The notes under the pieces were generated by a model. The model had not been told where the DNA came from and ran no database searches. It worked only from the letters and a program-made list of their open reading frames with translations. Shown here one piece after another: positions 19,319 to 29,335 of a stretch of 64,000 nucleotides of DNA (its first letter is position 1; every line of letters starts with the position of its first letter). The stretch is from an uncultured Candidatus Bathyarchaeia archaeon. GTDB taxonomy: Archaea; Thermoproteota; Bathyarchaeia; RBG-16-48-13; CAYPFQ01. The stretch lies in the NCBI GenBank assembly GCA_964473665.1, contig CAYYPV010000015.1, positions 7,793-71,792 on the forward strand. The letters run 5' to 3'. The position numbers and the translations under genes were made by a program.

Positions 19319-20515
19319 TTGTTTTTGACTACTGAAGAGGAAAAGATGTTAAGGGGTGATTATGGATCAGCTGTAGCTTTGGCTATGAAGCTCCTTGTAA
19401 CCTTGGGCGATGTCTTTGAAGCTAAGAAGATGATCAAGGTTGGAAGCGCACAGGTTTCAGGCATTTCATATCAAAATATAGGTGATCCTGGGCTTAGATT
19501 TATTGAAGATTTATCGAAGATGAAGGCAAAGGCTAAAGTTTATTCTTCATTGAACCCTGCCGGGATGGATCTTAAAAAATGGAAAGAGATGGGGATAAAT
19601 GAAGTATTTGCTGAAAAACAGTTGCGAATAATAAACGCGTTTAATAGAATGAGGATAGAGCCAACCTGCACATGTACACCTTATCTTATTGGCAATAGAC
19701 CAGGTATTGGTGAACATGTCGCGTGGGCAGAGTCGTCAGCAGTTGTTTTTGCTAATTCGGTGCTAGGTGCAAGAACAAATAGGGAAGGGGGACCGTCTGC
19801 ACTCGCCAGCGCACTAACAGGGCTTACTCCATTTTATGGTTATCATCTTGACGGTGAAAGGAAGCCGACGCATATCATCAGAGTTGAAGCTGATGTAGGG
19901 GATGAGTTGGGGTTTAGTATCCTTGGATACGCTGTTGGGCGGATGCTGGGGCAGGGGGTCCCTTTCTTTGAGGGATTAGGAACACCTGACCAAGAAGAGC
20001 TGAAAGCGTTAGGAGCGGGTCTGGCGGCGTCAGGATCTATTGCAATTTATCACATTGCAAATATAACGCCGGAAAGCCGTTTGATGACGCATAACGATGT
20101 AGGCAGCTGTGAAAAAATCACGGTCGAAAATAGAGATCTTAGTGAAACCCTTAGTCGACTGTCAGTTGAAGATGATTTCAACTTTGTATGTATCGGCTGC
20201 CCTCACTGCAGCCTTTCAGAAATTAAGAGGGCGGCAGATATGCTTTCCGGTAAAAAGGTGAGAAAGCGCTTCTGGATTTTCACTTCAAAAATGATTCATA
20301 AAGAGGCGGTTAAACGTGGGTTCTCTAAGGCGATTGAAAAAGCCGGAGCGGAGATTATTGACGATACATGTATGGTTGTCTCTCCGCTTAATGAACTTGG
20401 AATTAATGGAGTAGTGATTAACTCCTGTAAGGCGGCACATTATGTCCCGTCGACCTGTCGATTGAAAGTGAATTTACGGAACTTTGAAGATTGCATTAAT
20501 GAGGCTATCAAATGA
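19319..20515 (+). CDS. Aconitase X-like (DUF521) large subunit, probably phosphomevalonate dehydratase
   Basis: AcnX-family N-terminus (MLRGDYGSAVALAMKLL...). Starts immediately after the ubiD stop. Confidence 0.75.
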   Translation: MFLTTEEEKMLRGDYGSAVALAMKLLVTLGDVFEAKKMIKVGSAQVSGISYQNIGDPGLRFIEDLSKMKAKAKVYSSLNPAGMDLKKWKEMGINEVFAEKQLRIINAFNRMRIEPTCTCTPYLIGNRPGIGEHVAWAESSAVVFANSVLGARTNREGGPSALASALTGLTPFYGYHLDGERKPTHIIRVEADVGDELGFSILGYAVGRMLGQGVPFFEGLGTPDQEELKALGAGLAASGSIAIYHIANITPESRLMTHNDVGSCEKITVENRDLSETLSRLSVEDDFNFVCIGCPHCSLSEIKRAADMLSGKKVRKRFWIFTSKMIHKEAVKRGFSKAIEKAGAEIIDDTCMVVSPLNELGINGVVINSCKAAHYVPSTCRLKVNLRNFEDCINEAIK

Positions 20516-20922
20516 TTAGACTTAAAGGACGAGGAGTTGTTGGTGGTGTGGCGGAAGGCGTGGCAGTGGTGTCTAAGGAACCTATTTCATTTTTCGGAGG
20601 AGTTAATCCTAAAACTGGAAAGATAATTGAGAGGGGGCATGCCCTTGAAGGTGTTTGTGTAGCTGGAAAGGTATTGATTTTTCCGCATGGTAAGGGAAGT
20701 ACTGTAGGCTCTTACATTCTTTATGCGATGGCCAAGAATAAAGTGGCACCAGCTGCCGTAATTAACGTTATTACTGAGCCGATAATCGTTGTAGGATGCT
20801 GTTTGGCAGATATTCCGCTTGTTGATAAGCTGGATAAGAACCCCGTCCAGAGCATAAAGAATGGAGACACTGTCAGGGTTTTAGCTTACAAGGGCCTAGT
20901 TGAAGTTATGGACAGGTGTTAG
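20512..20922 (+). CDS. Aconitase X swivel-domain small subunit (DUF126), PMDh small subunit
   Basis: 136 aa, ATGA overlap with the large subunit. Confidence 0.7.
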   Translation: MIRLKGRGVVGGVAEGVAVVSKEPISFFGGVNPKTGKIIERGHALEGVCVAGKVLIFPHGKGSTVGSYILYAMAKNKVAPAAVINVITEPIIVVGCCLADIPLVDKLDKNPVQSIKNGDTVRVLAYKGLVEVMDRC

Positions 20923-20927
20923 TTGAG

Positions 20928-22232
20928 CTAATAAGAAACTCTTGTTGAATAAGGCTTCTTACCGAAGGTTTCGTCAGCAATTTTTCTAACTTTATCTCTA
21001 TATTGTGATGTTGTATAAACCCTAATGACATCCATGTAGCCTTTTAACGTATCAACAAGATGTGAAACTTCGGAGAGACTCTGCACAGTTTTTGATCCGT
21101 CAGGCTGCTTGTGGAAAATTGGAATATCAACTTGTCGCCTCGACATTGGATAATAAGGGACGGAGGGCACAGTGGGTACGTCTATAACTAAATAGTCTGG
21201 ATCTACACCCGTTTTTTCGCTCATTTCCTTCGCTATTTGATTTCGAATTTCTTCTCTGCTTAATATGCTTGTAAAGAATTCATCACGTCTATGAATTATC
21301 ATTTCGTAGGCACATTTGAAAAGTTGTCTATCGTTGAACATTCTTGCTAGATTATAAGCCACTTTTAGTTTTCTATCTTTTTCGTTCTTTAGCGACAACA
21401 ATCCGAGGAGAACACTGGAGTCGTCAAGCTGCAGATAGTCGTCTGGAACTTTAAACCTTGTAAGTCCAAGCTTATCGTTAGCGTACTCCATAGCTCTAAT
21501 CGCCATTATCTCAGCGGCTCTTACGGTACGGTGGAAGTAAACTGCTTTGAACATTTCATATCTGGCAATTATGAAGGCTTCAAGCGCGTAAGAAGCTGCG
21601 ACGTCAATCACTAAAGCGTCGTTTATGACGTCTACGGAATCGATTAGACGATATATGTCAACTTTCCCGTATTCTACCCCAGTGAAATATGAGTCGCGGA
21701 CAAGAAAGTCCATTATGTCCACATCAAATTGACTTGCGATTATTTGGTTCATAAACGGTTTACTTGTTTTTTCTAGAAGACCTACAGATAGTTTAGATAA
21801 TTCCTCAGCCGAGTAGCCATACCTGTTTAATACGTCTTTTACTTCGCTCTCTTTGATAAGCCACTGAGAAACGTCTTCATGCGTCATTTTGCGGTGTTTG
21901 TCTAAAACTTCTTCATATATGTGAGAGAACGGCCCATGACCAATATCGTGAAGAAGCCCAGCAACTCGCATTTTTTGGACTTCGTCCTCTGATATGTAGC
22001 CCATTTGCATGAGACGGTTTGCCAAGATGCCTGCAAGATGCATTACGCCTAATGAGTGGACAAAACGTGAGTGTTCAGCTCCAGGGTAGGATAAATGTGC
22101 TCCAGCAAGTTGCTTCAGTCTTCTTAATCTCTGCAAAGGACGTGAGTCGATTAGTTCCTTTTCTACGTCGGTCATGAATATGTAGCCATGAATAGGATCG
22201 CGGATTTCTCCAACGCGTTTTCTAATTGCCAT
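20928..22232 (-). CDS. HD-domain phosphohydrolase, dGTPase/SAMHD1-like (COG1078)
   Basis: FVHSLGV...HDIGHGPFSH HD motifs. 434 aa. Confidence 0.8.
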   Translation of the reverse strand: MAIRKRVGEIRDPIHGYIFMTDVEKELIDSRPLQRLRRLKQLAGAHLSYPGAEHSRFVHSLGVMHLAGILANRLMQMGYISEDEVQKMRVAGLLHDIGHGPFSHIYEEVLDKHRKMTHEDVSQWLIKESEVKDVLNRYGYSAEELSKLSVGLLEKTSKPFMNQIIASQFDVDIMDFLVRDSYFTGVEYGKVDIYRLIDSVDVINDALVIDVAASYALEAFIIARYEMFKAVYFHRTVRAAEIMAIRAMEYANDKLGLTRFKVPDDYLQLDDSSVLLGLLSLKNEKDRKLKVAYNLARMFNDRQLFKCAYEMIIHRRDEFFTSILSREEIRNQIAKEMSEKTGVDPDYLVIDVPTVPSVPYYPMSRRQVDIPIFHKQPDGSKTVQSLSEVSHLVDTLKGYMDVIRVYTTSQYRDKVRKIADETFGKKPYSTRVSY

Positions 22233-22285
22233 ATTTACTCAGCCTTGCTTAGCATGTTTATCTTGAGTCATGCTTTATTTATACA

Positions 22286-22918
22286 ATGGTAACATTAGAA
22301 GAGACAATAGAAGGCGTGTACGTGAAAAGAGGAATTCTAATAAGCATTGAGGGATGTGATGGGGCGGGTAAAACTACCCATTCTCGCCGTTTAAGAGATA
22401 GTTTAGTGAGATACGGGTTTAATGCGGCTTATACTACAGAACCTAGCTTGAGTAAAGTTGGCAAATTTATAAGGCTGAACGTAAGTAGGGCTAAAAAACA
22501 GATACCGGTTGAGGTTGAGGCGTTACTCTTCGCTGCTGACCGGTTTGAGCATATAAAAACTGTGGTTGAACCAGCTTTACGGCATGGCAAAATTGTGATT
22601 TCAGATCGGTATGTTCACTCTTCACTTGCTTATCAAGGGGCACGAATGGCTAATTTAGATTGGTTAAGGAAAATAAATGTGTTTACGTTAAAACCAGATT
22701 TGGGAATTTATCTTGATGTACCTCCTAAAGTTGGACTGCGTAGAAAGCTAAAAGATAGGACTGTTTTTGAGAATTTCGAACTTCAGCGAAAGGTTCGAAG
22801 AATTTACCTTAAATTTGTTGAAAGAGGCGAATTAACTTTAATTGATGCTACTGGGGATTTAGATAAAGTTGATGCTGATATTTTGAAAGTTGCATTGCGG
22901 TTTTTGAATAAGAAATGA
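22286..22918 (+). CDS. tmk: Thymidylate kinase
   Basis: P-loop GCDGAGKTT, DRY motif. Confidence 0.85.
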   Translation: MVTLEETIEGVYVKRGILISIEGCDGAGKTTHSRRLRDSLVRYGFNAAYTTEPSLSKVGKFIRLNVSRAKKQIPVEVEALLFAADRFEHIKTVVEPALRHGKIVISDRYVHSSLAYQGARMANLDWLRKINVFTLKPDLGIYLDVPPKVGLRRKLKDRTVFENFELQRKVRRIYLKFVERGELTLIDATGDLDKVDADILKVALRFLNKK

Positions 22919-22977
22919 GCGGAAATGCCGTAAGTTGGAAAGTTAATTATCTGTTTATCCCTAACAAGTTTGACTAG

Positions 22978-23688
22978 GTGTTAACTATGTCTAGAATTGA
23001 GACGTTACTCCCATATTTGAAGGAAAAAAAGGAAAATGAACCTACAGTGATTGCCGACAGCCGTGAAGCTGGTTCAGCGCCTAAGGTAATTAAAGGTCTA
23101 GCTGAACTTGGCGCTCAAGTTAAAATAGATGTTCTCCAGAAAGGGGACTATATAATATCTGATCGGTGTGCTATTGAGAGGAAAACTGTAACTGACTTTG
23201 TTCATACTTTAACTAGGCGCTTTTTATTTGAACAACTTTTCACATTAAAGGAGGCATATTTGCAGCCCCTAGTTTTAATCGAAGGCTATATGCCTATTAT
23301 CTACAAGTATAGTAAGATATCGCCCTTTGCAGTTTGGGGAGCTATGTTCGCGTTAGCGAAACAAGGAATTTCGATAGTTCACACGATGAATTCTAAGGAG
23401 ACGGCAGATTTCATCTATACTGCAGCTAAACAAGAGCAAATAGTTGAGAAGAGAGTTCCGATGATACGCCCATTGAAGAAGACTGAAACATTGGCTGAAT
23501 CTCAGTTATTTTTCGTGGCCGGACTCCCGAATATTGGACGTGAAAAGGCGGATGCACTGCTTAGGACATATGAAACGCCTATTGGTGCATTGTCAAAAGT
23601 TGACTGTTGGGCGGATGATGTGGCTGGTCTTGGACCGAAAATTACTGAAAAAGTTAAACAAGTCTTATGCACGCCGTATAAGGCTTAA
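22978..23688 (+). CDS. XPF/ERCC4-type nuclease (short archaeal form, nuclease plus HhH2)
   Basis: ERCC4 motif GDYIISDRCAIERK plus C-terminal HhH. 236 aa. Confidence 0.75.
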   Translation: MLTMSRIETLLPYLKEKKENEPTVIADSREAGSAPKVIKGLAELGAQVKIDVLQKGDYIISDRCAIERKTVTDFVHTLTRRFLFEQLFTLKEAYLQPLVLIEGYMPIIYKYSKISPFAVWGAMFALAKQGISIVHTMNSKETADFIYTAAKQEQIVEKRVPMIRPLKKTETLAESQLFFVAGLPNIGREKADALLRTYETPIGALSKVDCWADDVAGLGPKITEKVKQVLCTPYKA

Positions 23689-23719
23689 GAGATCTGATAT
23701 GTATCCCGTTACAATTTTA

Positions 23720-24058
23720 TTATTTAATCTTTCTTAGTTTCTCGAGAGCCTCGAGCCATGTTGAAAGCAGGTTACCAAGTTTTTGCAGGCGGTCAGGATC
23801 TTTTTCAATTTTTATTTGAGCGATGGTTTCATGGATTTTATTCAGAATAACTTCGTCAATATTTGAAAGAATAATAGTTGTGGATTCCTTCGGAACCTCT
23901 TCCTCACTTTTCACTATGACCACTCGTTTGTTACATTTTGGGCACCAAACGTCTTCGTGAATTTTAAATAGCGGCGAATTGCATTCAGGGCATGACTCCG
24001 AAAGCATTGTGGCTCCTTTTCTCAGATAGTCCGCCATTCTCTTAATGTCCTCGCTCAT
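23720..24058 (-). CDS. UPF0148-family zinc-ribbon protein
   Basis: CPECNSPLF...CPKCN zinc ribbon with the N-terminal ADYLRKGATML pattern. Confidence 0.6.
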   Translation of the reverse strand: MSEDIKRMADYLRKGATMLSESCPECNSPLFKIHEDVWCPKCNKRVVIVKSEEEVPKESTTIILSNIDEVILNKIHETIAQIKIEKDPDRLQKLGNLLSTWLEALEKLRKIK

Positions 24059-24127
24059 GTTGAATTCTTCCTAGAGAAATCTTTTTGTAATAATAGGTAA
24101 TTTGATTATCGCTTAAGGAGACGGCTT

Positions 24128-24409
24128 ATGGCTGCGCGTAAAAAACGGTTGGAAGAATATGAAGAGAGGATTCGTCAAGCCCTCGCAATTCTAGGAAAGG
24201 TCTCTGAGGATACAACTACCCCTAGAAATATTAGGCGTGCAGCGAAAGAAGCTATGGACGCTCTTCAGTTGAAGGGAGTTACTCCAGCCGTTAGAGCTGC
24301 TAACGCTATAAGTATTCTTGACGAAATTTCACAGGACCCGAATATGCCCCCTTACACAAGAGTGGCAATATGGAATGCTGTAAGCATTATCGAGGCAATA
24401 AAAGACTAA
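24128..24409 (+). CDS. UPF0147-family protein
   Basis: 93-aa helical protein, IRRAAKEAMDAL pattern. Confidence 0.55.
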   Translation: MAARKKRLEEYEERIRQALAILGKVSEDTTTPRNIRRAAKEAMDALQLKGVTPAVRAANAISILDEISQDPNMPPYTRVAIWNAVSIIEAIKD

Positions 24410-25212
24410 GTTTTAATTAAAGTACTAATTTTGTTGAATAACTGGTTATTTCCAGCAGCAATGAATGACACCCTTGAGGTTGGAGTAAGGGGTGGATTTA
24501 ATTTACATCCTTCGGGTGTAAGCATTATTCCACCAGATTCTTTTATTATTAAATAAGCTGCAGCTATATCTGTTACTCGAAGTAGTTTTCGTATATCGAC
24601 AAAAGCATTGTATAGCCCGTTAGCAACATAGCATAATTCAAGTGCATTTGCGCCAAAGTGTCGAGGATGCCCCGCTATGTTAAGTAAGGTTGATAAACGC
24701 TGAAGCTGTTCTCTAGGCTCAATTTTGCTGAGATCAACTCCGATAATGGCTTTTTCAACATCTGATACTTGCGCAGGTCTGATTTTTTTCCCATTCTGCT
24801 TAGCGCCTCTTCCCTTTTCAGCTGAAAAAATTACGTTTTTGTAAATGTCCATCACGACGCCGGCTACAACGCCGTTAAGATATGGAGATGTAGAGATAGC
24901 TAAAGATGAGGCGAAGAAGGGGACGGCGTTTACAGCATTAGTTGTACCATCTATTGGATCTGCAACAAGATAAATTGAAGATTCCCTGCCGAATTCTTTA
25001 ACACCCATTTCTTCGCTTACTAATGTGCATGAGATCTTCTTTTTTTCAATAATTTGTATAATGGCTGATTCCGCTACTCTATCTATCTTTTCGGTTAAAT
25101 CTCCGCCCGCGCCTTTGCCAACTATTTTATGCTTACCGAAAAGAGGCATACTGCTAACTCTGACAGAGTTAGCCATTTCGTTTAGAAGCGGTATCCACCC
25201 CATACTTAGCAC
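24406..25212 (-). CDS. Inositol monophosphatase / FBPase family (SuhB-like)
   Basis: VADPIDGTTNA motif. 268 aa. Confidence 0.8.
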   Translation of the reverse strand: MLSMGWIPLLNEMANSVRVSSMPLFGKHKIVGKGAGGDLTEKIDRVAESAIIQIIEKKKISCTLVSEEMGVKEFGRESSIYLVADPIDGTTNAVNAVPFFASSLAISTSPYLNGVVAGVVMDIYKNVIFSAEKGRGAKQNGKKIRPAQVSDVEKAIIGVDLSKIEPREQLQRLSTLLNIAGHPRHFGANALELCYVANGLYNAFVDIRKLLRVTDIAAAYLIIKESGGIMLTPEGCKLNPPLTPTSRVSFIAAGNNQLFNKISTLIKT

Positions 25213-25276
25213 TTCGAACTATTTTTAAAAACGAATAAAATATAACATTTGATGAAGAAAAGCTTCATGCCTATAA

Positions 25277-25362
25277 AGCGGGGGTAGCCAAGTCTGGTCT
25301 AAGGCGCAGGGCTTAGGACCCTGTCCCATAGGGGTTCGTGGGTTCAAATCCCACCCCCCGCA
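25277..25362 (+). tRNA. tRNA-Leu (UAG)
   Basis: Type II tRNA: acceptor GCGGGGG/CCCCCGC, anticodon arm CAGGG-CUUAGGA-CCCUG, variable arm, T-loop UUCAAAU, discriminator A. No intron. Confidence 0.85.
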
Positions 25363-25615
25363 CATTAGTTTAACTAAATCCGTGCAAAGACAATCTTCCT
25401 CACTTCTGGCGAGACTTTCCGACATTTGCTCGGACGAAAAAGAGGTCAAGAGTGATGGCGTGCACTTTGGCTTCAAAGTGGACGACAAACTCGAATATGC
25501 GAAATGGAAACGCTCTTGGCAACAGTTAAGGGGTCTTCTTTTATCTAGGAACAGACTGTAGGAACTAAACTTCCGCGATCCCTATGTCCGACACCTTAAG
25601 TACGAAACCCAGTAG

Positions 25616-26083
25616 CTACTTTTTCGCACGTCTTGCCTTTACGGCGGACATGTTGGCTGCGACTGCCGCACAGATCAAGGCCTTGAAGGCCTTCTCATCA
25701 ATCTCGTCTCCTTCATGAATATCTATGGCGCGCCTGACGTTGCTTTCAAGACTCGAGTTGAATAGACCTGTCGGATCCTTGAGAGAAGCGCCCTTGGAAA
25801 AGGTCAGTTTCACGACGTTCTTGTAGGTCTCGCCAGTGCAAATCAACCCATTGTGGGACCACACTGGAATCCCGGGGTTCGTCGGCTTCATCCACTTCCA
25901 CTCTTCGACGACGTCAGGGTCTGCTTCCCTGATGAGCTTCCGCATCCTGCTCAGGGTTTTCCCGCGCCAATCCCCGATCTCGGCAATTCTTTTCGTGATT
26001 AGTTCAGATGCCGACTCGCCATTTGTCGGAACTGACTTTTTCATGTTATCATCGTGGAAGTTCCAGATATATATCGTTTGCAA
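25616..26083 (-). CDS. DUF1801-domain protein (paralog family of 4330-4716)
   Basis: LIREADPDVVEEWKW...VWSHNG...VKLTFSKGASL pattern. Confidence 0.5.
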   Translation of the reverse strand: MQTIYIWNFHDDNMKKSVPTNGESASELITKRIAEIGDWRGKTLSRMRKLIREADPDVVEEWKWMKPTNPGIPVWSHNGLICTGETYKNVVKLTFSKGASLKDPTGLFNSSLESNVRRAIDIHEGDEIDEKAFKALICAAVAANMSAVKARRAKK

Positions 26084-26227
26084 AACAGTTGAAGATCGTC
26101 ATGTAAGACTTTGTCAGAGCAAATAATAATTCAGTTTTAAGAGACTTACATGTTGTATATATGTAGCTTATTTTGCTTCGATAATTTTTATTTGGTCTTC
26201 TAAGAGAATAATAGTTGGGAAGATTGC

Positions 26228-26866
26228 ATGTTCGAAGATCGTGTAGAGGCTGGTCGAAAGCTCGCTAAGGAATTACTGAAATATAGAGGCCAAAAAATAG
26301 TTGTTTTAGCTATTCCTCGTGGAGGGGTTGTTGTTGGTTACGAGGTGGCAAAAGAACTGAATGCACCACTAGATATTATAGTGCCGCGTAAAATTGGTGC
26401 GCCTGACAATCCCGAGTTAGCTATTGGGGCTGTAACTCAGGATGGAACAGTTATATTGAATCCGCAATTGATGCAGTATTTAGGCGTGTCTGAAATTTAT
26501 GTGCAAGAAGAAGTAAGAAATCAAGTAAATGAAATAGAAAGAAGAATAAAGAAGTATCGCGGAGAAAAGGCGTATCCTTCGCTAAAGGATAAGATAGTTA
26601 TTCTTGTTGACGATGGGATTGCTACAGGTTATACCATGCGTGCAGCTATTGCTTCAATTAAGAAGCAAAAACCTTCAATTTTGATTGTAGCAGTACCTGT
26701 GGGGCCTCCAGATACAATACAGACTCTTAAAAGCGAAGCTGACAAAGTGGTTTGTTTGAGCACTCCTGAGATGTTCCAGGCTATTGGTCAATTCTACCGC
26801 AACTTTAGTCAAACAAGTGATGAAGAGGTAATTCATCTTCTACAGTTGTCCAAAAAAACGGATTAG
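26228..26866 (+). CDS. Phosphoribosyltransferase-family protein
   Basis: PRPP-binding motif IVILVDDGIATGYT. Confidence 0.8.
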   Translation: MFEDRVEAGRKLAKELLKYRGQKIVVLAIPRGGVVVGYEVAKELNAPLDIIVPRKIGAPDNPELAIGAVTQDGTVILNPQLMQYLGVSEIYVQEEVRNQVNEIERRIKKYRGEKAYPSLKDKIVILVDDGIATGYTMRAAIASIKKQKPSILIVAVPVGPPDTIQTLKSEADKVVCLSTPEMFQAIGQFYRNFSQTSDEEVIHLLQLSKKTD

Positions 26867-26870
26867 CTAC

Positions 26871-27533
26871 TCATTTGAAGTGCGTCGTGAACCATTGTTT
26901 TGCTAGTTCTGCTACTTCTTCCATCTTCCCTGGTTCCTCAAAGAGATGCGTCGCGCCTGGTATTATTTTGAGCTCTTTCTCGCATTGTAGCTCGTCGTAG
27001 GCTGCTTGGTTTAACGTTATTACTTCGAAGTCATTTCCGCCTACAATTAGCAATGTGGGGGATTTCACCTTTTTTAGTACTGGAATCACCATGTCGGGGC
27101 GTCCGCCTCGTGAAACAACGGCGCGTATTTTATTTGGGGTGACAATAGAGGCTTTTAAAGCGGCGGCGGCACCTGTGCTTGCTCCGAAGTACCCGATTTT
27201 AAGATTTTTAGTTTTGTTATTTTCCATTATCCAGTCTGTAGCGTGCAAAAGTCTTTGAGCCAGCAAATCTATATCAAAAACATTTGTTCGGTCTTCAGCT
27301 TCTTCATAAGTTAATAGATCAAAAAGTAGTGTGCCAATTCCAGAAACTCTCAAAATTTCGGCAACATACTGATTACGCTTGCTGTGCCGACTACTTCCAC
27401 TGCCGTGGGCAAATAACACAATCCCCCTTGGACTTCTAGGAATTTCCAACATTCCTTCTAATCGCACAGAATCTGCTTTAATATCTATCAGCTCATGTTT
27501 TTCGGAAGAGGTCATTGATTTGGGCAACCTCAC
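26871..27533 (-). CDS. Dienelactone hydrolase-like alpha/beta hydrolase
   Basis: GIVLFAHGSGSSRHS..., nucleophile elbow GASTG. Confidence 0.75.
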   Translation of the reverse strand: MRLPKSMTSSEKHELIDIKADSVRLEGMLEIPRSPRGIVLFAHGSGSSRHSKRNQYVAEILRVSGIGTLLFDLLTYEEAEDRTNVFDIDLLAQRLLHATDWIMENNKTKNLKIGYFGASTGAAAALKASIVTPNKIRAVVSRGGRPDMVIPVLKKVKSPTLLIVGGNDFEVITLNQAAYDELQCEKELKIIPGATHLFEEPGKMEEVAELAKQWFTTHFK

Positions 27534-27634
27534 AACAATTGGGACAGGCGTATCTAGGAATTTTATGCCAGATCATCTTAATTTTATATACTATGTTATC
27601 CTATTAAAATCAGAAAAAATGCTGAGGAACTAAT

Positions 27635-28162
27635 ATGTGCGTTATTGGTAAAGATAAGCTGTTAGAATTGATTGAAAAATACAAGATAATTTACCCGTAT
27701 AGCTTAGATTTACTTGATGGAGACAGCTATATTCTGACAGTTAAGGAGGAGGCAACTTTACAGTATCTTGAACATAGAAACTTAATTTCAAATGAAGTGG
27801 TGTTTACTCCGCCTAACTTTGTTGCGTATCTTACGGCCAAAAGCAAGTTTGGTAGAATGGGATTGTCATTTCTTAACGCGGCAAAAGTTCATAGCGGATT
27901 CGTAGGAAGATTAGCTTTAGAACTCGTAAATTTAAGCAACGAAAGAACGCCTATTACAATTAAGAAGGGCTATCCGATGATGCATATAGAGTTCATAACA
28001 AGAGAGGGAAAACCCTCGCCATACGTTGGCGAATACCAATTCCAATATATGAGTCAGGACGAAATTAAGATGTACATTCCCATACTCAAAGAGCTCTTCC
28101 CTGATTATGAAGAATTATCTAAAATATGGCTGAAAAATCAGCCACGGTTGCTTTCTATTTAA
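27635..28162 (+). CDS. dCTP deaminase / dUTPase-superfamily protein
   Basis: GRMGLSFLNAAKVHSGFVGRLALELVN resembles the Dcd family. Confidence 0.55.
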   Translation: MCVIGKDKLLELIEKYKIIYPYSLDLLDGDSYILTVKEEATLQYLEHRNLISNEVVFTPPNFVAYLTAKSKFGRMGLSFLNAAKVHSGFVGRLALELVNLSNERTPITIKKGYPMMHIEFITREGKPSPYVGEYQFQYMSQDEIKMYIPILKELFPDYEELSKIWLKNQPRLLSI

Positions 28163-28184
28163 TAGATTGCTACCATAGAAATTA

Positions 28185-28892
28185 TTGTTTGGATGCATAT
28201 CTTTGGAAAAAGAACTGTATGAATTTATTAAAATGATTAAGAATCCTGTTCTAAGGAATAAAACGCGTGAATTTCTAGAGAACCCTAGGGTTAGAGTTAA
28301 AGAGCTAAAAGGAAAAGTTGGAATTGCCTTCAACGAAAGCCCGGCAAGCACAACACATCATCATGCATATGAGAGAGGACTTGCCCAGCATACGATTGCA
28401 GTAACAAAACTAGCGCTTAACTTATGTGATATAATAGAGGATGTTTATGGCGGAAAACCTAACCGTGATGTTGTAATCGCCGGGGGCTTACTTCACGACA
28501 TTATGAAGGCGCCTGTCTATGATGCAAGGGAATATGGAGGATACAGACTTTCTCCCCTAGGCGAAAGATTAGACCATTTAACCTTAACAATAGCTGAACT
28601 TTACAGAAGAAAATTCCCACTAGAAGTTATTCACGTAGTAGCAGCACATCACGGCGACCATGGGCCCATATCGCCTAAAACTCTCGAAGCATTAATCGTT
28701 CATTGGGCTGACTACGCTGATTCACAAATAAACTTCGAAATGCTGGACGCGGCGCGCTTCCTTATAAAAGATGCTACAGGTGAAGATGTGAGAAACATAA
28801 CCTCAGAAAAAGCATTCAAAATAGTTTATGCCAAAGCTGAGAAAGGACGGGAAGGCGTAAGACAAGCATGGAAGAAGCTTAAACAAAAATAA
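28185..28892 (+). CDS. HD-domain metal-dependent phosphohydrolase
   Basis: HH...HD motifs (HTIAV...LLHDIMK...AAHHGDHG). Confidence 0.7.
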   Translation: MFGCISLEKELYEFIKMIKNPVLRNKTREFLENPRVRVKELKGKVGIAFNESPASTTHHHAYERGLAQHTIAVTKLALNLCDIIEDVYGGKPNRDVVIAGGLLHDIMKAPVYDAREYGGYRLSPLGERLDHLTLTIAELYRRKFPLEVIHVVAAHHGDHGPISPKTLEALIVHWADYADSQINFEMLDAARFLIKDATGEDVRNITSEKAFKIVYAKAEKGREGVRQAWKKLKQK

Positions 28893-29132
28893 ATTGGTGC
28901 TTGATGCTTTTCGACATTACGATTGAGACAATGTGTTGCAGTTCATGGTGCAGAGAGTGAATGCATCTAGATGGTTAAGGACTGGAAGACTTCAGGCGGA
29001 AGAAACGTCTTATATCAATACATGCGTCCCGAATCGCGAAAAGAATTGAAGAACGCCAAAGAATACGTAGCTAAAATAAAATAGAAAAAGAAGACGCATT
29101 TTATTCTGAATAGGCTGAAGATTTCCCCAAAG

Positions 29133-29237
29133 CGCCGGGTAGGGGATTCGAACCCCTGTGTCCCGAAGGGACAACCGTTCACTCAGATCCTACTGAGAAA
29201 TTCGAGACGGTCACCTTGGCCGCTTGGCTAACCCGGC
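29133..29237 (-). tRNA. tRNA-Ser (CGA) with a 21-nt intron at 37/38
   Basis: Acceptor GCCGGGU/ACCCGGC, discriminator G, anticodon stem ACCGU/ACGGU, loop CUCGAA|A, long variable arm UCCCUUCGGGA, T-loop UUCGAAU. Confidence 0.8.
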
Positions 29238-29335
29238 GCATATGACTGAGGGGCTTACGATTGGATAAATACCTTTTGAGGCGAAGACGTTTATTTGTTA
29301 TTTTAATTACAATCAGTGTTGTGGGAGTCTAGGTT

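Noticed and set aside
25225-25488. 87-aa ORF on the minus strand
   Set aside because: It lies antisense over the tRNA-Leu gene.
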